Notes: generated by a model not told the origin, from the letters alone. Positions 1 to 16,159 are shown, counted from the first letter of the stretch. The stretch is 64,000 bases of DNA from an uncultured Verrucomicrobiae bacterium (GCA_963772365.1 CAVYXA010000003.1:512001-576000); one strand, 5' to 3'. Numbers and translations are program-made.

Positions 1-168
1 CACATCCTGCAAAAGGTCGTTCGTGTCCTCGTGGTTTGAGGTCATGTTGTAGATCAAGCCGTAAAGACGCGGCGAATACTTGATCACCAGTTGGTCGAAT
101 GCCCCGGCATCACCCGATTGCGCCCGCGCGACAAGTTGCTGATCTTCATCCGTGCGCGGTTTATCCAT
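1..168 (-). CDS. ECF (sigma-70 family) RNA polymerase sigma factor, N-terminal part; runs off the window edge
   Basis: Manual translation from ATG 168: MDKPRTDEDQQLVARAQSGDAGAFDQLVIKYSPRLYGLIYNMTSNHEDTNDLLQDV, typical ECF region 1.2/2. Not in the ORF track. Confidence 0.85.
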   Translation of the reverse strand, partial: MDKPRTDEDQQLVARAQSGDAGAFDQLVIKYSPRLYGLIYNMTSNHEDTNDLLQDV

Positions 169-277
169 CTGGTCGCGCTTAGATTTAACACGCGTCTCCA
201 GACCGGACGACAACAAATCCGAGATGCGACGAGCTGGCAATGCGAGCGCTGCGTTCATGTTTTTCAACGTGCGCCAA

Positions 278-974
278 TTAACGCCGATCCCGGATCGACA
301 TCAGCCAGAGCAGGTTCCCAAGCGCCGCAATAAACGCGGCCACATAGGTGAGAGCGGCTGCGTTCAGGACTTTATTCACGCCCGCAACTTCTTGCCCGGG
401 CTGCACGATTCCCATTTCTTTCAAAATGATTTTCGCTCGCCGGGAAGCATCAAACTCCACCGGCAGGGTGATGAGCTGAAAGACGAGCAAGATCAGATAA
501 CACCAAATGCCGATCGTTATCAGACCGCGTGATCCGAAAAAATAGTCCACCGAAGATCACGAACGGCAGCATTTGCGATGCGATCATTGTCACCGGCACG
601 ATCGCCATTCGTGCCTTCAGCGGAGCATACGCCTTGGCGTGTTGAATGGCATGACCGGTTTCATGCGCGGCAATGCCGAGCGCGGCCACCGATGGCGTCT
701 GAAACACGTTGCTGGACAGACAAAGTTTTTGTTGTGCCGGATCGTAATGATCGCCTAGAAAATCGTTGGTCTCGACAACATCGACATCGTGAATCTGCGC
801 CGCGTTAAGAATTTCCCGCGCGCACTCGGCGCCGGTGATATTCGAGCTGGCCCGCACCTCGCCCCATTTGCGGAACGCGCCACTTACCCGCATTTGGGCC
901 CAGATTCCAATGATCAGAGGAATGCCGATATAGAAGATCCAGCTGCCCCCGCCAAAACCGTAAGGATAAAACAT
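278..974 (-). CDS. YugP-type neutral zinc metallopeptidase (one frameshift near 530)
   Basis: DHYDP, AAHETGHAIQH (HExxH) and LNAAALTYVAA motifs split over ORFs 450..974 and 278..550. Confidence 0.85.
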
Positions 975-1030
975 GCCTGTCTTAAGTGTGTCTAGGAACC
1001 TTAGACGCGCAAGAGGGCGCCTCGTTCATT

Positions 1031-2179
1031 TCAGATTTCTAATTGCTTGGGAAATCGCGACAGAATTTTGCAGCCGCTTTTCGTCACTACGACGACGTCT
1101 TCGATCCGGACGCCGCCCAGTCCGGGATAATACAGGCCCGGTTCGACAGTTACGACCTCTCGCTCTTTTAGCACGACTTTTTGCAGCCGCGGATATTCGT
1201 GGATTTCCAATCCGAGTCCATGACCAGTGCCGTGGAAAAAGCCGACGTTTTTGCCTTTGCGGACTTCGGTCGGATAGCCGCGATCGGCAAAGAATCTTTG
1301 GATCGCCTTGTGGATCGACATTCCATCTACGCCGGCCTTGATCCGTTTCAAGGCAATCGCCTGGCCTTGTTTCACCGTTTGCCAAAGTTTGCGCTGGGCA
1401 TCGCTGGCGCGACCGCGCACAACGGTGCGTGTGAGATCGCCCCAGTAACCGGTCTTGGCGTCGCGGGGAAATACATCCAGGATAATTAATGAGTTTGCAT
1501 AGAGCGGTCCGGAGCCGCGCTCATGCGGATCGCAAGCTTGATCGCCGCCGGCGACAATCGTAGTCGTCGGTGTTCCGCCCGCGTGCAGAATCGCAGTGTC
1601 GATCTCCGCCCGCAGAATCTCTGAAGTCAGCGTTTTGCCCGACCATTTCAGTTTTTTGTCCAGCCCACGCGCGATTGTCGATCTTCGCAAAACTTCCGTG
1701 GCGCGTTTGAGTCCAGCTTCGGTGATGCGCAAAGCATGTCCGATCATTTCCAGTTCCTTGTTCGACTTCGCTTCGCGCTCCGGCCAGAACGTCCCGCTTG
1801 CTGCGCGCACCCGAATTTTATTTTTCGCCAATTCCTCCGCGTAACTAAGCGCAAAATTCCCGGGGACGGTTGCAGATTTCACTCCGCGCTGCCGAAGGAA
1901 GTGCGCCAGCACTTTCTCATACGGTGGCGCCTTTTTTGAACCTCCCTGGACTTCGCGCTCCAGTTTATTGAAGGAAAAAAATTTATCGGCTTTAGCCTGT
2001 TTCCGGCCGCGGCCTATTTCCAAGTCGCTTAATACCAGCATGCGTGTCCCGTTTTGCTGTAGAAAAATAAACGGATCGGGCGCCCAAAAATTTGTGGCGT
2101 AAAGCATATCGGCATCAGCTTCGCTGGCCGCGACGATGAGACGATTTTGGACTTCGGATTTCGGTTTTCGGATTTTCAT
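1031..2179 (-). CDS. Xaa-Pro aminopeptidase (M24B family)
   Basis: HGTGHGLGLEIHEYP, TVEPGLY and GGVRIED metal-binding motifs. Confidence 0.9.
   Translation of the reverse strand: MKIRKPKSEVQNRLIVAASEADADMLYATNFWAPDPFIFLQQNGTRMLVLSDLEIGRGRKQAKADKFFSFNKLEREVQGGSKKAPPYEKVLAHFLRQRGVKSATVPGNFALSYAEELAKNKIRVRAASGTFWPEREAKSNKELEMIGHALRITEAGLKRATEVLRRSTIARGLDKKLKWSGKTLTSEILRAEIDTAILHAGGTPTTTIVAGGDQACDPHERGSGPLYANSLIILDVFPRDAKTGYWGDLTRTVVRGRASDAQRKLWQTVKQGQAIALKRIKAGVDGMSIHKAIQRFFADRGYPTEVRKGKNVGFFHGTGHGLGLEIHEYPRLQKVVLKEREVVTVEPGLYYPGLGGVRIEDVVVVTKSGCKILSRFPKQLEI
2144..2176. repeat. Degenerate heptamer tandem repeat encoding the peptidase N-terminus (KIRKPKSEVQN)
   Basis: ATTTTGG ACTTCGG ATTTCGG TTTTCGG ATTTT. 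Confidence 0.6.
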
Positions 2180-2183
2180 TTGC

Positions 2184-5100
2184 CTAGCTCCGCCGGACTT
2201 CGAGTTGCCGCCGCAGAATCCAGTTCAATAAAAGGAGCAGACCAAACGTTGATGCAATCAGAACGGCGGTATTGAAGATGAAAACGCTGATTGTAAACCC
2301 GAGATATCGCTTTTGCGCTCCGAAAAACACGTTTGGCTTGTGACCGCGGCGATAATCGTTCTGCTCCATCTCGGCGTTCGAATAGAGATCGGAGACTTTT
2401 TGATTCACGTAAATTTGCTCCGCCGTAATCGGACCCGTTGCGCTTTGGAAAAGATTCCGGTCAAACGGGCGGTCGCCGTCGAGGATCTGATCGATCAGAT
2501 GAAGATAAGAATTCAATTCCTTTACCGAATGCGCCTCCAAACCGGAAAGCGCCGCCAGCGTTTCCTTTAAATCGTCCAGCCGTCTGAGCGCCGCCGGGTT
2601 CTGTTGACCTTGCAACCGCTGAACCAGTGCGTCGATCTCGCCCTGGACGCGGTCCTGTCGTCGCGTTAACGGATTCAGTTTCGCCTGGGCGACGATGATC
2701 TCCTCATATGACCATCTCATCGCGACAAATTGGCAGATCAGCGGCACTTCCAGCCGGCTGCTCATTTTTTTGTTCTCTTCCTCGGTCGGATGCTCTGTGT
2801 ACCAGCGTTGCATCAAATAACGGAAACCGAGGTTTCGATTCATATCCTCGTATTTGATCAGTGCGCCGCCCATCAGAATCTGCGGGATCAGTACCCAGAC
2901 CATGATGTTGACGGCCGATTTCGGGTCCGAAACGAGCGAAGAAATCAGCAATCCTAAACCGAGACTGCAGAGCGCGGTCAGAAACATTAGGCCGAGATGG
3001 GTCCAAAACATCCCGCGAATTCCCAGGATATAATTGCCGATCCAGACGAAAAGGATGCATTGAATCAGGGCGAACACGGCCAGCGATGCCATCTTGGCGA
3101 AGATGTAATAGGGCAATCGGATATTGAGATTGCGTTCACGCTGAAGAACAGTCCGATCACGAATGATATCATCGGCGCTATTGGCCAACGACAAGAACAT
3201 GATCACCAATAGCGCGATGAACAGATACGTCGGGATATGAAATGCCGACGCGAAATCATACTGGCCAGTATCGGAGTAACGGAGCAGCTCCCGATTCCAA
3301 AAGCCAGAAGCGGCGCACCGGCGATCGTGATCCCGAGATTGACGCGATTCCGCAGTTTGCTCATGAATGCGCGCCGTGCAGCGCGCGAAATTGCGTCCAC
3401 TCGTCATGCCAGCGAAATGGCAATCGTCTTTTTTTCGCCGGGGCCGGCGGCAAAGGCGCGACTGGTTCCTTGCGAAGCGAGACCTGTTTAACGTCCTGGA
3501 TTAATCGAAACGCCTCATATTTATCTCGCCAGAAATCGGGCGCGTAACGACGGGCTGGCACGAGCTGCCCCCGGCTGTTTTCTTCGTAGATGATATCGCC
3601 GCTCAAATCGCGCAGAGGCGTTTCCAAAACGTCAAAGATAAATTCTGGGCGCGTCGTGCCGCACGCCGGGCACGCGCCCAATTCCGCGCCGAACTGATGT
3701 TGATGTTCGGCTTCGGCGAAATAGCGGAGCATATCCGGTAGGCGTGCCGAAAAAGACGAGCCGACCGCCTTTGTCGAGCAGGATCGCCTTGTGAAACATC
3801 TGGAAAATCTTCGAGCTCGGCTGGTGGATGGTGACGATGATGATCTTGTTGTGCGCCATCCCGCGGATGATCTCGATCACATGCTCGGAGTCCTTCGAGG
3901 AAAGGCCGGATGTCGGTTCGTCGAACAGGTAAACGTCCGACATGCCGATCATGTCGAGACCGATATTGAGCCGCTTGCGTTCGCCGCCGCTTAACGTCTT
4001 TTTGACTGCGCTTCCGACGACAGCAGTCGCGGCGTTCGCCGAGCCCGAGCTCGACGAGCTTCGCTTCGAGACGGCGCATCCGATCGCGTCGCGAAAGATG
4101 TGGCGATCGAATCGCGGCCGCGAACTGCAGGTTTTCCTCGATAGTCAGATGCTCGTCGAAAGCGTCTTCCTGCGGGATGTAACTGACGTAGCGCTTCAGC
4201 CGTTCGAGATTTGGATAAAGCGATTGGCCATTGAGGAAAATCTGGCCATTGGTCGGCTGAAGCTGTCCCGCCAGCACTTTTAAGAAGTGTGCTTTTCCCC
4301 GAACCGCTCGCGCCCATCACGCAAACCAGCTCGCCTCGCGTGATGTTGAAAGAAAGCCCGTCCAGTCCGATTTCGCCTTTCTTGAAATGATGAGTGACTT
4401 CGCGCACCTCGAGGCTGCGAATGATGTTGCGTTCCTCTTCGATAATCCGCTCGGAAAAGTTGCACCGCAAAAACTGTCCGATGTCGATCCTGATGGTGTC
4501 GCCATCCTTGAGCGGAGCAGTCGTACGCACTGTCACATCGCCCACGCTGATGGGCCGGTCCGCCTCGATCACTTCCAGTTCACCGACGCGTTTGTCGTAA
4601 TCGCAAAAGATTTTGAGCAAGCACATCGCCGCTGGTTCCCGGCGAAAGCAGAATATCGTCCGCCTGGAGAAGACTCGGATTATTCGACACGAGGTATTCC
4701 GATTTTGAAGCTTTTAATTGGAACCGGCCGCCCAAAGCGCGCGCACGCCGGCGCAGATCCAGCAGATCCAGTTCGCTATCGTTGTGGAATGTGACTTTGT
4801 CTTCCAAACTCGCTTCGACTTGTGTGCCGGCCTTTAATTTTACGCCTTTGAGCACAGCATCGACATCGCGCAGCGCCTTTACTTTCACTTTCAAACCGAA
4901 GGAAATCTTGAGCGCGCTTTCGCGAGTGCGGCCGCGTTCCAGCTCGACTTCGTCGCCTTCTTTGCTAACTCGCACAAAAATCTCGGGAACGGAGACGTTC
5001 TTCTTGGCGTTGAAATATTGCGCCAGCTCCTGGTAACTAAGCACCTGATCGCCTACCAGGATGCGTTGCCCTGGATAAATGCGGCAAAACCCATTTCGCT

Positions 5101-5803
5101 GCAACGGCCGGCCTCGCACGGATACGGTCTGGCCGCTGTAGTTCTTGAGCAGAATGAGATCGTGATAACGGAAAGCGAGCAATCGGTCGTTTTCCGTAAG
5201 GCTCTTCAAGATCACATCTGCCTTGCCGTTTGGCCCGAATGAAAGTGATTCCAGCGGCGAAGCGCCTCGTTGATAAATGGACGGATCGGAATCGCCGGAA
5301 GCATTGAGTTGATAAACGATGTCGATCGCCTGTGCTGCCATGCCGAGTTGCGACATGAACGAGTAAAACGCGACCACCTGGTCCTGCTTCAGCCCCGCCT
5401 GCGAAATCAAATCATAGAGCTGGACGCCGAGCATAATTTTCCGATCCGCGCTCAACTGCGAGCTGAGCTTTTGGGCCATCGCAGCGAGATCCTGTTGTTC
5501 GTAAAGCGCCTGCCGGAAAAGCTGGCGCAGCTCCGAGTAAACCGCTTCCGGATAATCGTAGCGCAGAAAACCGAGGCTCGAGTCGATCTCTTCTTCCAGC
5601 AGAACACCGTCCGCTTTGGAAAAGCTGGCCAGCACCTGAATCAACAGCGGCAATAGATTCGGTCCTTCCGAAACGCTGCGCGGCTTTCGCAAAGCCCGCC
5701 GCATCCAACGTCGGCCCGTACGTCGGAAACGATAAGCAATCGGCGTGACGCGCTGGACGGCTTTGTCGATCTTATCGGCAACGGTGGTGACCAGTTCTGT
5801 CAT
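2184..5803 (-). CDS. Large fused ABC transporter: TerB-like N-terminus, FHA-like region, ATPase, ABC-2 membrane domain (several frameshifts)
   Basis: Walker A GASGSGKST, Walker B YLFDEPTSGL, H-loop TIHQPS, CPACG, C-terminal TM helices. Pieces join across ORFs 4580..5821, 3991..4626, 3603..4277, 3632..3952, 3361..3732 and 2184..3407. Confidence 0.75.
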
Positions 5804-5894
5804 GGAAGAAATTCGAGGCAAAAACTACCGTAATTGACCGAAGGAAGCAATATAGTGGGTTCAATATTGGAAGCCCCGGCCCGGCTCCTGCTTT

Positions 5895-5923
5895 TTGCAT
5901 TGCCGATTCATTCATGGTAACAT
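5895..5923 (+). promoter_or_regulatory. Putative sigma-70 promoter of ftsH
   Basis: TTGCAT-17 bp-TAACAT with extended -10 TG, 33 nt upstream of ATG 5957. Confidence 0.5.
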
Positions 5924-5956
5924 TTTTCTCATAGCGGCTACGCGTCCGCATTGTTT

Positions 5957-7987
5957 ATGCCTCAATCAGATCGCAACTCTCAACGGGAGAATAAATCCCG
6001 TGGCAACGAGCCCAATTTCAATTGGCGCGGCGTGGTCTTGATTGCCATCGCCTTCGGCTTCATTGCCCTCGCCATGCTGTTTTATCGACAAGGCATGCAG
6101 GCTGTCGAAGATGTACCGTATAATCGGTTTCTCGAGCTGCTGGATAACAAACAGATCGACAAAAGTTCGCCGCTCACCCTCGTGGTCGAGGAAGGTCGGC
6201 CGACGCAGACTTTGCGCGGCGTTTACATTCATCCCGGCTCCGGCTCGGCCGCTTCGGAAAAGGTCCCATTTCGCACCACGGTTTACCTGAGTTTCACCAA
6301 TAATTTGCAGGAGAAACTTGCCGCCGCCGGGCTGCAACCGGCCATTAAAACGGAATCGAATGTTTTGGCCCAAACTGTGATCGGGTTTCTGCCCATCGCG
6401 CTGTTCCTGCTCGTGCTGTATTTTCTATTCCGTCAGCAAATCCGTATGGCAGGCAAAGGCGCGCTCAATTTCGGCAAATCGAAGGCGCGAATGCTGGCGC
6501 GCGACAAAAATAAAATCACGTTTCGCGATGTCGCCGGAGTCGAGGAAGCGAAAGACGAAGTGCAGGAACTTGTCGAATTCCTACGCGATCCAAAGAAATT
6601 TCAAAAGCTCGGCGGGCGGATTCCAAAAGGCGTTTTGTTAGTCGGTCCTCCGGGAACGGGCAAAACCTTGCTTGCCCGCGCGATCGCCGGCGAAGCGGAT
6701 GTCCCGTTCTTCTCCATTAGCGGCTCAGATTTTGTGGAGATGTTTGTCGGTGTCGGCGCCAGCCGTGTGCGCGACATGTTCGAGCAAGGCAAGAAATCCG
6801 CGCCTTGCATCATTTTCATCGACGAGATCGATGCCGTCGGTCGCCATCGCGGGCACGGTGTCGGGGGCGGCCACGATGAGCGCGAGCAAACACTGAATGC
6901 GTTGCTGGTCGAGATGGATGGATTCGACACGCAAGAGGGCGTGATCATCATTGCCGCCACGAATCGTCCCGATGTTCTCGATCCTGCCTTGCTCCGCCCC
7001 GGACGTTTCGATCGACAGATCACCGTCAATCTGCCCGACGTGAAAGGGCGCGAAGAAATTTTGCGGGTCCACGCCAAGAAAGTAAAACTCGCCGAAGGCG
7101 TCGATCTTGCCGTGGTGGCCCGCGGCACGCCCGGTTATTCCGGCGCGGAGCTGGCGAATGTGATCAATGAAGCGGCATTGCTCGCTGCTCGCCGCGGATT
7201 GAAAGGAATTACGCTGGCTGAATTGGAAGAAGCGCGCGACAAAGTTCGCTGGGGCAAGGAACGCCGTAGTCTCGCGTTGAGCGAAAAGGAAAAACAAAAC
7301 ACGGCGTATCACGAAGCAGGTCACGCATTGTTGCTCGAGCTATTGCCGCATACCGAACCGCTCCACAAAGTGACCATCATTCCGCGTGGTCCCTCGTTAG
7401 GATCGACAATGTGGTTGCCGGAGGAAGATAAATACACCAATCGCAAGAACGAATTGCTGGCCAGCCTGGCGGTGAAAATGGGCGGGCGCGTCGCCGAGGA
7501 AATCACGTTTGGCGACGTGACTAATGGCGCCGCCGGCGACATCAAGATGGCTACGGCCATGGCCCGCAAGATGATTTGCGAATGGGGCATGAGCGAACGA
7601 CTCGGCATGGTCGAATACGGTGAGCACGAAGATTACGTTTTCCTCGGTCGCGACATTTCCCGGGCACGCGATTACAGCGAAGCCACCGCCCAGGAGATCG
7701 ATCAGGAAGTGCGACGGCTCCTCGATGAGGCGTATCAACAAGCCAAGCAAACCCTGATTGCTCATCGGCAGACGCTCGATACGATTGCCAGAGCGCTGCT
7801 CGATTACGAAACCCTCGACGGTTCCCAGATTAAAGAAATTGTCCAGCATGGCCGACTCATCAATCCGCCCGGCCCGCCGCCGCCGGTCGGTCCGAAGATG
7901 CAGCCCGAAAAACCGCCCAAACAAGTCGTGATCGGACCCGATGTCGCCCCGCCGCTTCCTGGCGCCCTTGGCGGCGCCCCGGCGTAA
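5957..7987 (+). CDS. ftsH: ATP-dependent zinc metalloprotease FtsH
   Basis: Two TM helices, [25 protein letters not shown]. Confidence 0.97.
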   Translation: MPQSDRNSQRENKSRGNEPNFNWRGVVLIAIAFGFIALAMLFYRQGMQAVEDVPYNRFLELLDNKQIDKSSPLTLVVEEGRPTQTLRGVYIHPGSGSAASEKVPFRTTVYLSFTNNLQEKLAAAGLQPAIKTESNVLAQTVIGFLPIALFLLVLYFLFRQQIRMAGKGALNFGKSKARMLARDKNKITFRDVAGVEEAKDEVQELVEFLRDPKKFQKLGGRIPKGVLLVGPPGTGKTLLARAIAGEADVPFFSISGSDFVEMFVGVGASRVRDMFEQGKKSAPCIIFIDEIDAVGRHRGHGVGGGHDEREQTLNALLVEMDGFDTQEGVIIIAATNRPDVLDPALLRPGRFDRQITVNLPDVKGREEILRVHAKKVKLAEGVDLAVVARGTPGYSGAELANVINEAALLAARRGLKGITLAELEEARDKVRWGKERRSLALSEKEKQNTAYHEAGHALLLELLPHTEPLHKVTIIPRGPSLGSTMWLPEEDKYTNRKNELLASLAVKMGGRVAEEITFGDVTNGAAGDIKMATAMARKMICEWGMSERLGMVEYGEHEDYVFLGRDISRARDYSEATAQEIDQEVRRLLDEAYQQAKQTLIAHRQTLDTIARALLDYETLDGSQIKEIVQHGRLINPPGPPPPVGPKMQPEKPPKQVVIGPDVAPPLPGALGGAPA

Positions 7988-8079
7988 TTCGGGACTTTTT
8001 CGTCTAATTCCTCAGAACGGCGTCAACTCATTCCTCGGTCGCCGAAAGTGTAGTGTCGGTTCATCTGAATCGCCCCGCC

Positions 8080-12133
<4,054 letters not shown>

Positions 12134-12203
12134 TTGCCTTAGATAAGCGCACTTGCCCATACTGCTACGATTTAACGTAAAGACTTAACCGAAAGGAACA
12201 TCT

Positions 12204-12350
12204 ATGCTTTGGACTATCTTCATCATCCTGCTCGTGCTGTGGCTGCTTGGTCTTGTTAGTGGTTACACCCTTGGCAACTTCATCTGGCTCCTGCTCGTTT
12301 TGGCGATCGTGGTGCTGATTATTCAGTTGATTCAAGGCCGGCGTCCATAA
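12204..12350 (+). CDS. lmo0937-family small membrane protein (48 aa)
   Basis: GAAAGGA RBS; MLWTIFIILLVLWLLGLVSGYTLGNFIWLLLVLAIVVLIIQLIQGRRP. Below the ORF-track cutoff. Confidence 0.85.
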   Translation: MLWTIFIILLVLWLLGLVSGYTLGNFIWLLLVLAIVVLIIQLIQGRRP

Positions 12351-12360
12351 GACTGCGCAA

Positions 12361-12591
12361 ATGAAACCAACCGGAATTATCGGAATCATTCTGATCGTCG
12401 CTGGCATCATCATCCTTGCCTATGGATGGTTGGGCTCAGTCAACTACACAACTAAGGAGAATGTGGCGAAGCTCGGCCCGCTGGAAGTGAACAAGGAGAA
12501 CAAACACCAGGTGCCAGTCGGCCCGATTGCGGGCGGAGTTTGTCTCGCCGGGGGAATTATCCTCGTGCTTGCCGGCGGCCGAAAGAGCTAA
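12361..12591 (+). CDS. Small two-TM membrane protein (DUF3185-like)
   Basis: Two hydrophobic helices around the YTTKENVAKLGPLEV loop. Confidence 0.75.
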   Translation: MKPTGIIGIILIVAGIIILAYGWLGSVNYTTKENVAKLGPLEVNKENKHQVPVGPIAGGVCLAGGIILVLAGGRKS

Positions 12592-14051
12592 CCGTCTGCT
12601 TTCAAAACTGCGAAGGTCTTGCTGCCTTTGCGGTCGAGATATAGCAGCACGCCGCGTTTCGGATCGGCTTTGTTGAGAGCGGCGCGAAAACTGGCCACAT
12701 CCGTGACCGGATTACCATCGACTTCGGTCACGACGTCTTCGCGTTGGATGTCCTGCCTCGCGGCGATGCTATCATCGCTCACATCTGTGACAATGACGCC
12801 CTGCTTTACGCCGAGATGCAGCCGATCGGCGACTTCCTTGCTCAAATCCTGCACTTGCAATCCAAATTTGCCCAAATCCTCCGGTTTCGGCTGGGGAGGC
12901 TGAACGGGTTCGTTCGAGACTCGGGAGATTTCGCTTGGCAATTCGCCGGTTTTGACCGGGATCTTTACGGTCTGCCCTTTTCGCCAAACCGTTAATTGAA
13001 CGGTCTGGCCGATTTTCTTTTTCAAAATCTCATGCTGAAGCTGCGTGTCGCTTTCCACGGCTGAACCGTCGACCTGCGTGATCACGTCGAACGGTCGCAA
13101 GTCGCTCCTGCTTGCCGGGGCGTCCGATTCAATCGTTCGCACGACTACGCCTTTGTCGGCGCCTTTGAACAGATCGCGAATCGATGGATCGTCGCCGAGT
13201 GTTTCAATGCGAATCCCCAGCCAGGGACGCGTAATTTTTTTTCCAACGATAAGCTGATCGCCGATTTCGCGGGCCATATTGATCGGAATCGCGAACCCGA
13301 GACCGCGATTGATCCCGTTGATGAGGGTGTTCATGCCGATCACTTTGCCGTCGATATCGCAAAGCGGACCGCCACTGTTTCCCGGGTTGATCGACGCGTC
13401 GGTTTGGATGTAATCCGAGATCGAGTAGCCCCCGGTCGCGATCAGTTTGCTCCGACCCGTGCCGCTCACTACTCCGTAGGTAAATGTGTAATCCAGTCTG
13501 TAGGGCGCGCCGATTGCGAAAGCGAATTGGCCGACGCGAACAGCATCGCTATCGCCTAACTGCACGGTGGGAAGATCTTTGGCGTCGATCTTGATTACCG
13601 CGATATCCGTCTTTTCATCCGTGCCGGTTACCTTTGCCAGAAATGAGCGACCATCTCTCAGCTTTACGTCTATTTTATCGGCGCCTTCGACGACGTGAAA
13701 GTTCGTGAAGATATAGCCATCGGGCCGCACGATGAATCCCGATCCTTCGCTTTGAATCGGTTGTAACCTGTGCGGATTTCGATGCGGATTGGTTTCATCC
13801 GGCGTGCCTTGGAAAAACAGATCGTCAAAGGGCGAGCCTTCGCTGCCGTCGTTCGCTTTTGAGACTTCAATGATCACGACACTGGGAGCGACAACATCGA
13901 AAACCCTGGCGAACGCATTGTTGAGTTGATGGACGACGTCTTTGCCGGCTTCGGCAGCGGCGGGATTGGGTGGGGAAGTTTCCGGAGTGGCGGCGAAGAT
14001 CGACACTACGCCTGCAATCATTAACGAAATCAAAATTGAAAATAAGCGCAT
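12588..14051 (-). CDS. HtrA/DegP-family serine protease with two PDZ domains
   Basis: Signal peptide, TNFHV, DIAVIK, INPGNSGGPL. Confidence 0.93.
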   Translation of the reverse strand: MRLFSILISLMIAGVVSIFAATPETSPPNPAAAEAGKDVVHQLNNAFARVFDVVAPSVVIIEVSKANDGSEGSPFDDLFFQGTPDETNPHRNPHRLQPIQSEGSGFIVRPDGYIFTNFHVVEGADKIDVKLRDGRSFLAKVTGTDEKTDIAVIKIDAKDLPTVQLGDSDAVRVGQFAFAIGAPYRLDYTFTYGVVSGTGRSKLIATGGYSISDYIQTDASINPGNSGGPLCDIDGKVIGMNTLINGINRGLGFAIPINMAREIGDQLIVGKKITRPWLGIRIETLGDDPSIRDLFKGADKGVVVRTIESDAPASRSDLRPFDVITQVDGSAVESDTQLQHEILKKKIGQTVQLTVWRKGQTVKIPVKTGELPSEISRVSNEPVQPPQPKPEDLGKFGLQVQDLSKEVADRLHLGVKQGVIVTDVSDDSIAARQDIQREDVVTEVDGNPVTDVASFRAALNKADPKRGVLLYLDRKGSKTFAVLKADG

Positions 14052-14198
14052 GCTGTTGGGAACTTGGACAGCAGCCACTGTGCTACGTTCAAGCCCGCCT
14101 GTCCAACACGTCAGACCATCTGAGTGGCCGCAGTTTTTCAATCGCTCTTATTGATGAACGTTTCTGACATGTGCGCCGCGCACCGCCGAGTGCCTGCG

Positions 14199-14226
14199 TT
14201 GACACGAATCTTAAGCATCTTAGCGT
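14199..14226 (+). promoter_or_regulatory. Putative sigma-70 promoter of kamA
   Basis: TTGACA-16 bp-TAGCGT upstream of ATG 14246. Confidence 0.4.
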
Positions 14227-14245
14227 TTTTGTCCTTATCACAGAA

Positions 14246-15451
14246 ATGGACACGTCTGAATCAGGGAAGGGAAATGGGAAAGAGTTCGTCTCGCATTCGC
14301 CCGGCTATTGGCCCGATGTCGCGGCGGAACTCTGGAACAACTGGAAATGGCAGCTCCAAAATCGCGTCACATCGCTCGCTCAGTTGGAGAAATATGTCCG
14401 TCTGAGCGATGAGGAGCGCAGTGGGGTGTTGCTTTCCGGCGATAAACTTGCGCTCGCGGTCACTCCGCATTTTTTCAACCTGATTCCGGCGGGCAATCCG
14501 GACGATCCAATCCGCCGCCAGGTCATTCCCCGCATCGAAGAAACTTGGTCGTCGCCCTACGATATGGCCGACCCATGCGGCGAAGATTCGCATATGCCCG
14601 TGCCGGGCTTAGTGCATCGATATCCGGATCGGGTGCTGTTTCTGGTGACCGATCGTTGTGCGAGTTACTGCCGATATTGCACCCGGAGCCGTGTGGTCAG
14701 CGGAGTCGGCGAACAGGAATTGCACACGGATTTCGAGGAAGCGTTTCGTTATCTCGAACAACACACCGAAGTGCGCGACGTGCTGTTGAGCGGCGGCGAT
14801 GCCCTGATTTTCTCCGATGATAAGATCGACAAGCTGCTGTCCCGGCTGCGGGCGATCAAACACATCGAGTTTCTCCGCATCGGCACGCGTGTTCCGATTT
14901 TTCTGCCGCAACGGATAACGCCCGAGCTATGCGCAATTTTAGCCAAGCATCATCCGCTTTGGATGAGCGTTCACGTGAATCATCCACGCGAGCTGACCAT
15001 CGAAGTGAAAGAAGCGCTCGAGCGTTTGGCCAATGCGGGCGTTCCGCTCGGAAATCAAAGCGTGTTGCTCGCCGGCGTGAACGACGATCTGGAGACAATG
15101 AAAACGCTCGTTCACAAACTTCTCATGTGTCGTGTTCGGCCGTATTACATCTACCAGTGCGATCTCATCAACGGTTCGTCACATCTGCGCACGTCGGTCG
15201 CGAAAGGCATCGAGATCATCGAAGGCCTGCGCGGTCACACTACCGGTTACGCCGTGCCGCAGTTCGTCATTGACGCTCCTGGCGGCGGCGGCAAAGTCCC
15301 GGTCAATCCGGGCTACGTTCTGTATCACGACAACGAAAAAATCGTCATCCGCAATTACGAAGGCAAAATCTTCGAGTATCCCGAAACAGGAAACGAAAAC
15401 GTCCAGTTCGCGCCTCAGCGCGAATATCACGACGAGTATTTGTATTCGTAG
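14246..15451 (+). CDS. kamA: KamA-family radical SAM protein (lysine 2,3-aminomutase-like)
   Basis: HRYPDR, CASYCRYC (CxxxCxxC), DAPGGGGK PLP lysine motif. Confidence 0.88.
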   Translation: MDTSESGKGNGKEFVSHSPGYWPDVAAELWNNWKWQLQNRVTSLAQLEKYVRLSDEERSGVLLSGDKLALAVTPHFFNLIPAGNPDDPIRRQVIPRIEETWSSPYDMADPCGEDSHMPVPGLVHRYPDRVLFLVTDRCASYCRYCTRSRVVSGVGEQELHTDFEEAFRYLEQHTEVRDVLLSGGDALIFSDDKIDKLLSRLRAIKHIEFLRIGTRVPIFLPQRITPELCAILAKHHPLWMSVHVNHPRELTIEVKEALERLANAGVPLGNQSVLLAGVNDDLETMKTLVHKLLMCRVRPYYIYQCDLINGSSHLRTSVAKGIEIIEGLRGHTTGYAVPQFVIDAPGGGGKVPVNPGYVLYHDNEKIVIRNYEGKIFEYPETGNENVQFAPQREYHDEYLYS

Positions 15452-15490
15452 ATTGTCGATCTTAGCCGCCAATTTTGCGAATGGAGCTGA

Positions 15491-15582
15491 TTGGAGGGAT
15501 CGGCTTCTCCGAAGACGATGGTAGAACAAGTGGGGCGGTGTCGCCTGAATGAGCAGCGCATTGGGACAACGCGTTCCACCTC
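15491..15582. repeat. Degenerate REP-like hairpins between convergent genes
   Basis: GCGCATTGGGACAACGCGTTCCACC hairpin plus a weaker GGAGGGATCGGCTTCTCCGAAGACGAT hairpin. Confidence 0.4.
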
Positions 15583-15623
15583 CGGAGCGTCCCGCCTATT
15601 GGGCTAAGATCGTCACTTACAAA

Positions 15624-16097
15624 TCAGTGCACGGTCACTGTTGCTTCCATCCCTTTGTTGCGATGCCCATCCAACGGGCAAAAAACGGTGTAGCTCCCAT
15701 CCTCAAGGGTGATATGCAAAACCTTGGTTTGCCCTGGTGAGAGGTTGTTGAGAAACTTTTTATCCACGCCCTGACCTTGAATCTCGAAATTATGCTTTCT
15801 CTTGCTGGCGTCCTTTACCACGAACGCCGTTTTTCCCGATTTCAGGTGGGTCGGCATATCGATGTGATAATCCGTCAGAGTCACATCAACACGACGCGCT
15901 TCCGGATCTGGTGTGAACACATCGGCCACGGTTTCTACTGCTTCCTTGGTATGTCTCACCGCCGCTTGACCGACGTGTTTCGCCGTCTCGGCGGCAGTGG
16001 CGGCTGCTCTGGCTGCCTTTGCAGGAATGTCCTCCTGCGCATTGATTACGCCGATGGAGATCGCGCCGGCGACAACTACAGAAATGAATGTCTTCAT
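15624..16097 (-). CDS. Secreted cupredoxin-domain protein
   Basis: Signal peptide, HNFEI, YTVFCPLDGHRNKGM type-1 Cu motif. Confidence 0.8.
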   Translation of the reverse strand: MKTFISVVVAGAISIGVINAQEDIPAKAARAAATAAETAKHVGQAAVRHTKEAVETVADVFTPDPEARRVDVTLTDYHIDMPTHLKSGKTAFVVKDASKRKHNFEIQGQGVDKKFLNNLSPGQTKVLHITLEDGSYTVFCPLDGHRNKGMEATVTVH

Positions 16098-16159
16098 AAC
16101 TAACTACAGTTCGTCCCGCACTATTCCCTCGCGCGTGTAAGGTTCGGTGAACGATTGCG

